From: Cyanophora paradoxa CCMP329
Taxonomy: Eukaryota; Plantae; Glaucophyta
Direction: 5' to 3'
Length of the DNA: 64,000 nt
Assembly (NCBI GenBank): GCA_004431415.1
Contig: QPMI01000269.1
Span: forward strand, 1-64,000
Shown here: positions 34,260 to 45,200 of the stretch, one piece after another
Numbering within the stretch: the first letter of the stretch is position 1
Layout of the letters: each line of letters begins with the position of its first letter
Made by a program: the position numbers and the translations under genes
Notes under the pieces: model-generated
The model's database searches: none
The model's input: only the letters and a program-made list of their open reading frames with translations
Told to the model about the DNA's origin: nothing

Positions 34260-37200
34260 TCAGGCGAGCTTCTCGTGGAAGGTGCGGGCGATGACCTCCA
34301 TCTGCTGGGCCTTCGTGAGGCGGACGAAGTTGACGGCGTAGCCCGAGACGCGGATGGTGAGGCTCGGGTACTTCTCCGGGTGCTCCACCGCGTCCAGCAG
34401 CGTCTCCCGGTTCAGCACGTTCACGTTGAGGTGGTGCGCCTGCTGCCCGAAGTAGCCGTTCAGGAGCCCCACCAGGTTGTTCACCCGGTCCTCGTCCCCC
34501 TTGCCCAGCGCCGACTTGACCACCGAGAAGGTGTTCGAGATCCCGTCCTGGCAGTCGCTGAACCGCAGCTTGGCCACCGAGTTCAGCGACGCCAGCGCGC
34601 CGCACACGTCCCGCCCGCTGCGCCAGGCGTCGGCCGCCGCCGCGCCGAGGGCGGGGCGGTGGCGCACTGCATGGGGCTCGCGCCGGGAGCGAACGCCTCG
34701 CCGGCCTTGCGCCCGTCGGGGGTCGAGCCGGTGTTCTTCCCGTACACTGCCGCCCCGCGCGTCGGCTGCCCGCGGCGGCGGCGGCGGCGGAGGCGGTGGC
34801 GGACGCACCGACGTTGGAGGTGATGGTGAGCACGGAGAGCGTGTGCGTCGCGTTGCGGTACGTCGGGTGCTTGCGCAGCTTCGTGATGAAGCTGTTCGTG
34901 AGCTGCGCGGGGCGCATCAAGGCCGGCGGGGCGTGGCGTGGCGGGGCGGGGCGGGGCGGGCCTGCTTGGCGATGGAGTCGACGCGGTCGTCGTCGTTGCC
35001 GTACTTGGGGAAGTCGCCCTCGACGGTGAAGGCGGTGGCGATGCCCTTGTCGTTGCGCACGGGGGTCACCTTGGCGTGCTTGATCGCCGAGAGCGAGTCC
35101 GCCACCACCGAGAGGCCGGCGATGCCGAACGCCATGTTGCGCCCCACGTTCGTCTCGTGCAGCGCCATCTCCAGCGACTCGTAGCAGTGCTTGTCGTGCG
35201 AGAAGTGGATCGCTGCGCGCCCCGTCGGCCGCGTCGGGCGGGCGGGGCGGGCGGGGCGCGGCGGGGCGCACTGTTCATGGTGCGGACGTAGAGGCCGGCG
35301 AGCCACTCCATCGCCTCGTCGAAGTTCTTCATGACGGCCTCGAAGTCCAGCGGGCCGTCCTTGAGGGGCGCGAACTTGGGGCCCACCTGGTGGCCCGACA
35401 TCTCGTCCGCCCCCTGGTTGATCGAGTACAGCAGCAGCTTCGCCAGGTTGCAGCGCGCCCCGAAGAACTGCATCTGCTTCCCCATCGCCTGCCCCGCCCG
35501 TCAGCTGCCGGCCGCCCGCCCTGCCCCGCCCCGCCCCGCCCCGCGCACCATGGGGCTGACGCAGCACGCGATGCCGTAGTCCGTCCCGTACAGCGGCCGC
35601 ATCACGTCTGCGCCGCCGTCAGCGCCGGCGGTGGCGCTCAGGGCGGTGCGAAGCGGGCGGACCGTCGTTCTCGTACTGGATGGAGGAGGTGTCGATGGAG
35701 ACGCGGGCGCAGAAGCGTTTGAAGTTCTCCGGCAGGCCCTCGGCCCAGAGGACGGTCAGGTTCGGCTCCGGGGCGGGCCCCAGGTTGTAGAGCGTCTGCA
35801 GGATGCGGAAGCTCGTGCGGGAGACGAAGTGCCCGCCCTTGCCGTCCGCGCCGGCCAGCACCATCGTCACCCACGTCGGGTCGCCGGCTGCGCCCCGCCC
35901 GTCAGCCGTCGGCCGCCGGCCGGGGCGGGGCGGGGCAGGGCGGGGCGAGGCGGGGCGGGCGGACCGAAGAGGTCGTTGTACTCGGGGGTGCGGAGGAAGC
36001 GGACCATGCGGAGCTTGATCACGAGGTCGTCGATCATCTCCTGCGCCTGCTCCTCCGTGATGCGCCCCTCCGCGAGGTCCCGCTCTGCACCCCCCGCGCC
36101 CGCCGTCAGCGCCGCCCCGCCCAGCGCCGCCGCAGGGCGGCCCCGCGCACCGATGTAGACGTCGAAGAAGCCGTCGAGGCGGCCGAAGCTCATCGCGGCG
36201 CCGTCCTGCTGCTTGATGGCGCCCAGGTAGCCGAAGTAGGTCCACTGGATCGCCTCCCGCGCCGTCGCCGCCGGCCGCCCGATGTCGTACTCGGGGCCGT
36301 GCGAGAGCGCCATCTTCTTCAGGTCCTGCAGCGCCCGCACCTGCTCCGACAGCTCCTCCCGCGTCCGCATGTTCTCCTCTGTAGTGGCGGGGGTCTTCTT
36401 CTTGTCATTGTTCTTCTCCTGGATGAGCCGATCCACGCCGTACAACGCGATGCGCCGGTAGTCGCCTGCGCAGCGCCCACGTCAACGCCGCGCGCCCCAG
36501 GCGAGCCGCGCGCACGAAACGCGCACCGATGATGCGCCCGCGACCGTACGCATCCGGCAGGCCAGTGACTGCGCGCTGGCGGCGTCAGGACGACCCTTTA
36601 AGCTGTCCGGGGAGCTTGTGCGCACTGATGTGGTCGTGGCGGGCCTTGCGCATCTCCTCGTCGTAGATGTCAAACACGCCTGAGCACGCGGGTTCACAAA
36701 AGCGGCAGGTTGCGCAGCGGGCGCCTCGCTTGGCGTGCCCTGGTTGTGGGTCTTGCGGTACTCGGTGAAGATCTTCTCCACGGACGGATCCAGCTTGTAT
36801 CCGTACGACTCACACGCCTTCTTCACCATTGAGACGCCGCCGAACGGCTTGATCTGCGCGCGCGTCGCGCGTGAGCCCAGAAAGCCCGCGCGGAGAAGTC
36901 GGCAGGCGCGAGGCGCTCACCGAACGCTTGAGGGGGGCGTCGGTCTGCATGCCGACAATGACCTCCTCGCCCTTGATGATGTAGCCTGGGCCGTGGCTCG
37001 TGAGGGTGCTCGGGGTCTTCGCGTCCACGTCCAGCACGCCCTTCTCCAGCTCCAGCTTGTAGCTGCGCGCGGAGCGTGGAACATTTGCAAGAACGAGCAT
37101 CTCCAGCAAGGCGCACAGTCGCTTGAATTCGCTCATGACCTTCTTTGTGCGCTCCGTGGGCCCTTCCAGGAAATCGGGCTGGCCGTCGTACGGGCGCAAG

Positions 37201-37461
37201 TTCTCTCGCAGCCTGCGGAGTAGAGAGCTGTCAGGGAGTGCGGCGCACTGGAAATTGAAGCATCCAATTGCAAGCGCGGCGCTTTGAGAGGGCGCGGGAA
37301 AACGAGAGCTCGGGACGGTAGGCGCGCGCAGCGCGAACCATGCTTCGACATCAGTCCCCTGCGCCGGCGCGGGTCTGCGCAAGTGCGGAATGCACGACTC
37401 GAACCAAGAGCTGCAATGACACAAATGCGGGAGATGCGCACTTGAGCTCCACCTTCGACAT
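34260..37461 (-). CDS. PFL: Pyruvate formate-lyase, copy 2, apparently complete, about 16 introns; the most 5' exons are uncertain
   Basis: [129 protein letters not shown]; stop TGA at 34260-34262. Confidence 0.97.
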
Positions 37462-37873
37462 TACCGCGGTCGTTAAATTGGGGTCACGGTTCGAGATCGC
37501 TCAGCCTTTGGCTTCTGAGCTTTCGGGGCCCGCCGGGGTAGACGTGCCGTCTGAGCGTAGACAGGCCTTCCGAGCCCAGCCGTATGCCAGAGCAGCAGTC
37601 TCGCGAGCTGCAGCATCTAAGCGCTAGCGCGAGCATTGTATCGTGTCGGGACCGCGACACTCAGAGCAGCAATCCAAACTTTCGCGCGCACACCTCCCAG
37701 ACTGCGCAGTTTGCATCTTGCAGCTAGCTTAGTTTGCCTCTCTCTGAGCTCCCAGCGCATCCACCAAGCCTCGTCTGCATCCACGTCAGAGCAACTCGAA
37801 TCGGCCGTTCGGTTCCCACGCCTCGGGACGGGCGCAACTGGATAGAAAGCGCTAGCTTGCCGGCATTTTGCGT

Positions 37874-39139
37874 ATGCGAGGCGAGGAGCTGGATCCGACG
37901 AAGATCACCAGCTACCACCCCAAGCACACGCCGCCGGACGTCGCGCGCGCTCTTGGAGAGCGTCTCGGCTTCGCGTACCTCGATGGCGTCCTCTCGCTCC
38001 AGGTGCATTACCCGCCCCGCCGCCCTGCCTCCCTTCCGCGCTCAGGCCGGGCCAGATCAAATCGGTCGAGCTGTATGGGGCGCAAGGCGAGCGTAGCTCC
38101 CTGGGCTCCGACAAGAAGACGAGCTCAAAGCGGCATGGGGGCGTCTTCAAATTCTTTCGGCGACGGCGTAGCTCACTCGGTCCTTTGCCAGGCCTCCGCG
38201 AGCGCCGCTGCCGGTGCGGGCTCCTTTTCTGCCGCAACCAGTGGGCTGCAGCGGGGCCGAAGGCGCGTGGCAGGATCACGGTGGAATCCCCGCGATTCGA
38301 CTACCAGAGCCCGCACTACGCGCTCGACTCCTCCGGCCGCGCCGGCAGCTTCACCGACTCGGTACGCTCCCGCGGCCGACTTTTGAGGGGCTGGCGGCCG
38401 GCCCGACCGGGGCTGCGACGCCCCACACCGGCGCGCGCTGACGCGGGGCGGCAGGTGGAGATCGCGGTGTCGCCCAGCGACCTGCCCGTCGTGCTCGTCA
38501 CGGCGTTCGAGGCGGGGCCCGACGGATCCGAGGCGCGCCCGCCCCTCGCCGCTGCCAGCGGCAGCGTCTGACGCCCCGTTCGTAGAAGAAGCTCGGCTGC
38601 GCGAGCCTTCGTTTCGACGTGATGGCGATCGAGGGTGCGTCCGGCGGAGCCGCCGGGCCGCCCCCCCGTCTGACGCAGGCGTGCCCATGGCCAGGCCGCA
38701 TCGCGGAGGCGTTCTTCCCCCTCGGCGCCCTCCCGCTGGGAAGCGACGCCCCGCCTGTCGGTGCGGACCGCCCCTTGCGTGGGGTCGGCGGGGCGGGGGC
38801 CGAGTAGGGGCGGCAGGGCGGGTGGAGTGCCGGCTTGCCTTCTCGGGGCGCCCGGTGGCGAGGGAGACGGCGGAGCTGGCGGCGATAGCCCTCGAGGCCG
38901 TCCCCGACTCCGCCCGCTCCTCCTCCCACTCCCACTCCCGCTCCCACTCCCATGCCTCCGCCCGGCCCAGCCCTGCCCCCGCCGCCCCTCCCCCGCCCCC
39001 GCTCCTCTCCGCGCGCCCCTCCAGCAGCGCGTCGGGGTACGCCACGCCCACTGGCTCGAGCTCGGGCCGCCGCGCAACGCCCGTGGCGTCGGCGGCGGCG
39101 GGGGAAATGTTCGAGGGGGCCCACCACGTCTACATGTAG
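37874..39139 (+). CDS. C2-domain-like protein, paralogue A; start uncertain
   Basis: Spliced ...YLDGVLSLQIKSVEL...VESPRFDYQSPH...DSVEIAVSPSDLPVVLVTAFEAGPDGSEKKLGCASLRFDVMAIEGRIAEAFFPLG...GRVECRLAF has a C2 beta-sandwich-like pattern. Confidence 0.6.
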
Positions 39140-39295
39140 CCTGCTATAGCTATGATGTAGGCCGTCCGCGAGGAACCAGCAGACGCTCAAGGAGCACGCC
39201 CCGAATCCTCCGATCCGATCCACCGTGGCCCCGGCCGCGCGCGCCGCGGCGGCGGCACGCTGCATCCGATCCACCGGTACCGTGGTGCCGGCACG

Positions 39296-39730
39296 CCTGC
39301 ACGCGTACGCGTACGCGCACTAGTACTAGTACCTGCGGCCCCGGCCCGGCAGCTGCGCATGCGCATGCACTGCGGCATGCAGATGGTCGCCGAGTCGCGA
39401 TCGAGCTCATATGCAGCTGCTACGCGCGCTAGCGCTGGCGCCAGAATGTATATGCGCAGCTGCAGCGCTACGTACGTACGTATATATACGTATACGTATA
39501 CGTATACGTACGCGTATACGTACGCTGCAGGGAGCTCGCGAGGCGGCGTAGGCGTTGGCTGTGGTGCGACGAACTTGAACCAGCGCTAGCTATACTATGA
39601 TAGCTACGCGACAGCGAAAACCGGCCCTGTGCATGCGCAAGCGATCGCCGGTCTATATATAGCGCCGCCCTCGATCGGCCGCGTGCGCCGGCGCCTGATC
39701 ATGATCGCGATATCATGATCATGATCATGA
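39296..39730. repeat. Arrays of overlapping short palindromes: (TACGTA)n, (ACGCGT)n, (ACTAGT)n, (TGCGCA)n, (TCATGA)n
   Basis: For example tacgtatacgtatacgtatacgtacgcgtatacgta at ~39487-39522 and tcatgatcatgatcatga at ~39713-39730. Confidence 0.85.
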
Positions 39731-40228
39731 GCAATTGCAAGTTGGACCGAATTTGCCCCCCCCCCCCCCCCCCCCCCCTCCCCATCGAGCTCCCCCTCCC
39801 CCTCCCACATGCGCATCTTTTTTTGCAAGCTAAGCTCGGGACTCGGGAGCTGTGGAGTGCGCGAGGGCAACAACAGCGTGCATCCACAGCTGCAGCATAT
39901 GTACTTGCACAGCTTCTTGGAGTGCAGATTGCTATAACCGCGAGCGTTGCTGTTTTTGCAGCCCAGGTCACGGGTGCTCCGAATCGGCGAACTCTCGGCA
40001 GCAAAGCGCAAACGAGTGTGCACCTTCGTCGAGTCGACATTGCACAAGCGCGCTCATCCTTCTTGGCGCGGGAGGCTGGTGGGTTCGCCAGGCTGCAGCA
40101 AACACTTGCACGCCGCAACACTTGCAGCGCTCGCACAACGAAACCTTGGCCGCAACTTTAACTAAGCACATTTTTATCCAGCAAGCACCAGTGCCAGCGC
40201 GTGCCGTGCCTTGGACTAGTGACAGGAG

Positions 40229-41609
40229 ATGCCCACGCAACAGCACCGGCCTCATCGGGACGGGCGCGTTGGTGATGGCAGCTCGTCTGGCGAGTCGGGA
40301 GTTCGGCGAGGCGAGGAGCTGGATCCGACGAAGATCACCAGCTACCACCCCAAGCTCACGCCGCCGCACGTCGCGCACGCGCTCGCCAAGCGCCTCGGTA
40401 TCACGTACCTCGATGGCGTCCTCGCGCTCCAGGTGCATTACCCTCCTTGCCGCCCTGCCCCCCTCCCGCGCTCAGTCCGGGCCAGATCAAATCGGTCGAG
40501 CTCCACTCAAGCGCGGCGCAAGACGAGCGCGGTTCTTTCAGCTCCGACAAGAAAAGGCGAAAGCCTGGTGGCCTCTTCAGCAGTTTCTTTCGCCGGAGGA
40601 GGTCGAACTCGCGAATTGAAGTGATGACCCCCCGCGAGCGGCGCTGCCGGTACGAGCGGACTTTGCCGCAATCAATGGGCCGCAGCGGGGCCGACGCCTG
40701 GCAGGTTCACGGTGGAATTCCCGCGCTTCGACTACCAGAGCCCGCACTACGCGCTCGACTCCTCCGGTCGCGCCGGCAGCTTCACCGATTCGGTACGCTC
40801 CCGCGGCCGACTTCGAGGGGCCGGCGGCCGGACCGGCGGCCGGGGCTGCGACGCCCCCCGCCGGCGCGCGCTGACGCGGGGCGGCAGGTGGAGATCGCCG
40901 TGTCGCCCAGCGACCTGCCCGTCGTGCTCGTCACGGCGTTCGAGGCGGGGCCCGACGGATCCGAGGCGCGCCCGCCCCCTCGCCGCTGCCAGCGGCAGCG
41001 TCTGACGCCCCGTTCGTAGAAGCAGCTAGGCTGCGTTAGTCTCCGCTTCGACGTGATGGCGATCGAGGGTGCGTCCGGCGGAGCCGCCGGGCCGCCCCCC
41101 CGTCTGATGCGGGCGTGCCCAGGTCGCATCGCGGAGGCGTTCTTCCCCCTCGGCGCCCTCCCGCTGGCAAGCGAGAGCGCAATAATCGGTGCGCGCTCCC
41201 ACCTCATGCAGCGCGGCGCCTGTTGAGGGGCCGGGCGGCAGGGCGGCTGATGTGCCGGCTGGCGTTCTCGGGGCGCCCGGTGGCGAGGGAGACGGCGGAG
41301 GCGGAGGGGGCTGGGGCGGCGTCCGGCGGTGCGGTGCAGGGGCGCGTCACGTCGTACGTGCTCGAGAGCGTCACGGAGTCGCCGCGCAGCTCCAACCACT
41401 CGCGGCGCCCGTCGCCCCGCCCCGTCGCCTCGCCGCCGGCGCCGCAGCCGCGCTACCCGCTGCCGCCGGTGCGCGGGGCGCCGGCGCTCAAGCGGGGAGG
41501 CCTCCCCGGGGCGCCCCCCTCGGAGTCGCGCCCCGTCACGCCGACGGGCGCCGACGGCCGCCTCGACATCTACGATGGCCTCGACCCCTCCGCCACCGTC
41601 TACGTCTAG
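40229..41609 (+). CDS. C2-domain-like protein, paralogue B
   Basis: Same exon structure and near-identical core (GEELDPTKITSYHPK, FDYQSPHYALDSSGRAGSFTDS, VEIAVSPSDLPVVLVTAFEAG) as paralogue A, with different N- and C-terminal tails. Confidence 0.6.
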
Positions 41610-42225
41610 CCCGCCCCGCCCCTCGCCCCCGCGCCTCGCGTACCCTCCTGGAGGCAGGGCCCGCCGCCCCCTTTCAACCTCCCCTGCTCCTCTCCGTAGG
41701 CCGCGGTCAGTGCCGCCGCAGTCAGTGCCGTCATCCGTCATCCCGCAGCCGCCTTTTTCAAGTATCGTTTCCTCGCCTAGCCCGAGGCCTTATTACTCTG
41801 CAGCAAGTAGCTGAAGCACTTCCTTTAAGAAATTATCACCTGTCCCCTTGCGATGCTATTTCCGCAGATCTCGCTCTCCCCATTCGCAACCATTATAATT
41901 AGATGTCGATCATGCATATGAGCGTTGAGTTCTCTTTCTGTCTATTCTCTTTCAAGTAAAAGTGTTTATCGAAATATGCGCTGCTACAGTACGTATGCAA
42001 ATTGTTTTCAGCTTACACTCGATCAATTCATTGCGATAATGTAAACGTGCGCATGCCTTCGTACGTATACCGTGGCACGATAATGCAAACAATCACACTA
42101 GTCATTGAATACGCGATAATGCAAGCTCTCCCCATGGCCATTTGGAATCTTAAGCTTCGAGATTTCGTTCATGACGCTCGTCGCGTACGCGTTAAGCGCG
42201 GGGGGCCCGGGGCCCGGGAGCCGGC

Positions 42226-45200
42226 TCACTGCGGGGGCGCCGGCGAGGGCGCCGAGGCGCGGACGGAGGGGACGGAGCGGGAGGGGCGCCAGCAGTCGAC
42301 CGACTTGCGCGTCTCGAAGGGGATCAGCGCCGGCAGCCGCAGCTGCAGCGGCGGCGGCACGTCCACCGCCGCCCCATCCTCCCTCCTGCGCCCCGCCGGC
42401 GCCTCAGGAGTGGGGCGGGTGCGGGCGGGGCGGGGGCGGACGTGGGGGCGAGGGGCGCGGGGCGGGGCGGCTTGGCGGCGTCGGAGAGGCGGCGGGCGGC
42501 GCGGCGGGAGCGCGCCTCGCGCTCCTCGTCGAAGACCGACTCGTCGAGCTCTTTGTAGTGCGCCACCTGCGCGCCCCGGGCCAGCCCGCCTCAGGCCCGC
42601 CCCGAGGCGGGCCGCCCCGGCCTCGGCCCGGGCCCCGCCCCGCGCGCCTGCGAGTGCCCGTGAAGGAGCGGTCGCGGGAGAAGGAGGAGCTCCGCAGCGC
42701 GATGCGGACCCTGCGGGGGCGCGCTCGGCGGGGCGGGGGCGGGGCGGGGCGGGGAGGAAGGGGCGCACGGCCCGGCGGTGTGGAGGATGGAGAGGGCGCG
42801 CTCGCGGCGCTTGGCGGGGCCCTTCTCGCCGGCCGGCTCCGGGTGCCCCGCCCGCCGCACCCGCTCCCGGATGTCCTCCTGCGCCCCGCCCCTCGCGCCC
42901 CGCCCCGCGAGTGCCCCGCGAGCGCCCCGCCGCCCGAGCGCACCACGAACTGGTGCACCGCCGCGTTCTGCTCCAGCCGCACCTGCGGGCAGGGCGCGTG
43001 AGCCCCGGCGCCGATCCTCGCGGCGCCTCCCCGGGCACGCTGGAGCTCGGCCCCCTGCTGTGTGGCCCCTGCCGGGGGCCCACGCCCAACTCCGAGCTAG
43101 GAGTGCGGGGGCGGGGCGGCGGACCTCGCGGTGCATGGTGTCGAGCTGGCTCCCCGAGTGGGCGACGTAGCACGCCGGGCAGACGCCCACCGTCCGCGTG
43201 AGGAACTCCGTCTGCGCCCCGCTCGCGGGGGCGGGGCGGGGCGGGGGCGGGGGCGGGGGCGGGGCGGGCCTGGGTGCAGCACTTGCGGAAGGAGTCGTGG
43301 GTGAGGCTCGGGTGGAGGCGCCGCAGCACGCCCGGGATGGGATCCCTTGACGCCCCCTCAGCGCCCCACGCCGAGGCGGGGGGCGGGGGCGGCGGGGCGC
43401 ACTGCATCTCGCGCTCGCGGCGGAGGCGCTCGGCGGCCTCCTCCCGCGCCCGCCGCTCCGCCTCCTCCCGCGCCTGCTCCTCCGCCTGCCCGGCCCCGCT
43501 CGGCCCCGCCCCGCACGCCCCGCGCCGGCGCCGCAGCGCACCAGCCGCCGCATGCGCTCTTCCTTCTCGCGGCGCCGCCGCGCGCGCCGGCGCTCCTCCT
43601 CGTCCTCCTCCTGCGGGGCGGGCTCGGGAAGGGGGCGGGGCGGGGGCGGAAGGAGGCGGGGCGCGGCGGACGTCGAATAGCTCCTCGCCGTTGGAGGAGG
43701 CGGCGCCCTTCGAGGAGGGCGACTGCCGCCCGGGCGACTGCGCCACCCCGACCCGTCAGGCGCCGCCCCCGAGGGCCGGGCGCCGGCCGGAGCGCACCTT
43801 GGAGCGGCGCGGGGAGGCCCGCGGGGTTCGGGGAGCGCGAGGAGCGGTCGCCGCGGGGGCGGGCGGGAGCGCCGGAGAGGACGGCCCGCACGGCCGCCTC
43901 CTGGCGCTCCTTCGAGGGCAGGAAGGGCGCCTCGTCCTCGCTGTCCTCGTCCTGCCCACCCCGCTCAGCGCCCGCTCAGCGCCCGCCCCGCGGCCGGCCC
44001 CGCTGGGCGCACCTGCAGCGTCGCGCTCTCCACGGGGCCGACGGGCGCCGCGGGGGCCGGAGGGGCGAGCTGGAGCGGGGCGGGAGGGGAGGGGAGCGGG
44101 AGGCCGGCGCGGGGCCGCGGGCTTGCGCCAGGGGCGCGGTACGCTGCGGAGGGCCGGAGGCGGCGGGGCCGTCGACGGCGCCGCGAACTTCACGTGCGCC
44201 CGGAGGCGGCGGCGGGGGCGGTTGCCGGGTGCGCCGCCCCGGCGGGGCCGTCACCGGGGCGGGGTAGGGGCGGAGGGCCGGCGGGGCCGGCAGAGGCGGA
44301 GGGTGCGGAGGGAGGGTGCGGCGGGAGGCGGCGAGGGTGGCGACGGTGGCGGACTTTGACAGGGGCGTCCGCCCACGCTCGAGGCGCCCCGCCCCGCCCG
44401 CCCACGCTCCCCCGCCCGGCCCCGCCCTCGGCGGCGGCGCGGTCGAGGGGCTGCGGGCGGTGAGGGGGCGCGCTGCGAGGCGGGAGGCGGGGCGGGGCGG
44501 ACGGCGCCGGTGGCGTCGAGGCCGAGAGCGAGCATCCACTGCCGCTGCCGCGTGAGGCGCCGCCAGCGGGCGGGCGGGCGGGCGGGGCGGGGCGGACGGG
44601 CATGGGGCGATGGCGGCCTCGGCGGCGCTGGCGGGGCCCTGCAGGTCGTGCGCCCCCGGCGCCGGGCCCTCCGCCTCCTGCCAGCGCCCCCTCAGCGCGC
44701 GCCCCGCCGGCCGGCGCGGGGCGCGCGGGCGCACCTCGTCGAGGCCTCCGGCGTCTCGGCGGCGGCGGGGCCCCCGGCGGTGCGCCGCCGCCGCCTGCGG
44801 CCCGTGTAGATGCGGCAGCGCGCCTCGGCGCCGTCGGAGTCGTCGGCGGGGCGGGGCCGTCGCGGGAGAGCATGGTGCTCATGATGAACTGCCAGGAGGC
44901 GGACATGCGCAGCTGCTGCTCGAGAAAGCGCGCGTCCACCGCTGTCAGCGGGCCCTCCCGGCCCCAGGCCCCGTCTTCAGCGCCGCCTTCGCAGGCGACG
45001 GCGACGAGGCAGCCGGCCTAGGCGCCCCTCGGCGGCGCCGGCGGGGGCGGCCTCAGGTCGGGGCCGGGGGCGCTGCGGGCGCCTGCTCGTCCCCGGGCGC
45101 CCCGGGGCGGCTGCGAGGCCCGCAGCAGCGTCTCCTCCATCACTGCCCGAGCGTGAGAGGACGAGGGGGCAGGGAGAGGGGCAGGGAAGGGGTGGGGGTG

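Noticed and set aside
1-37461. PFL and FtsX-type genes as bacterial contamination or an operon
   Set aside because: Both carry many host-type spliceosomal introns and sit among clearly eukaryotic genes.
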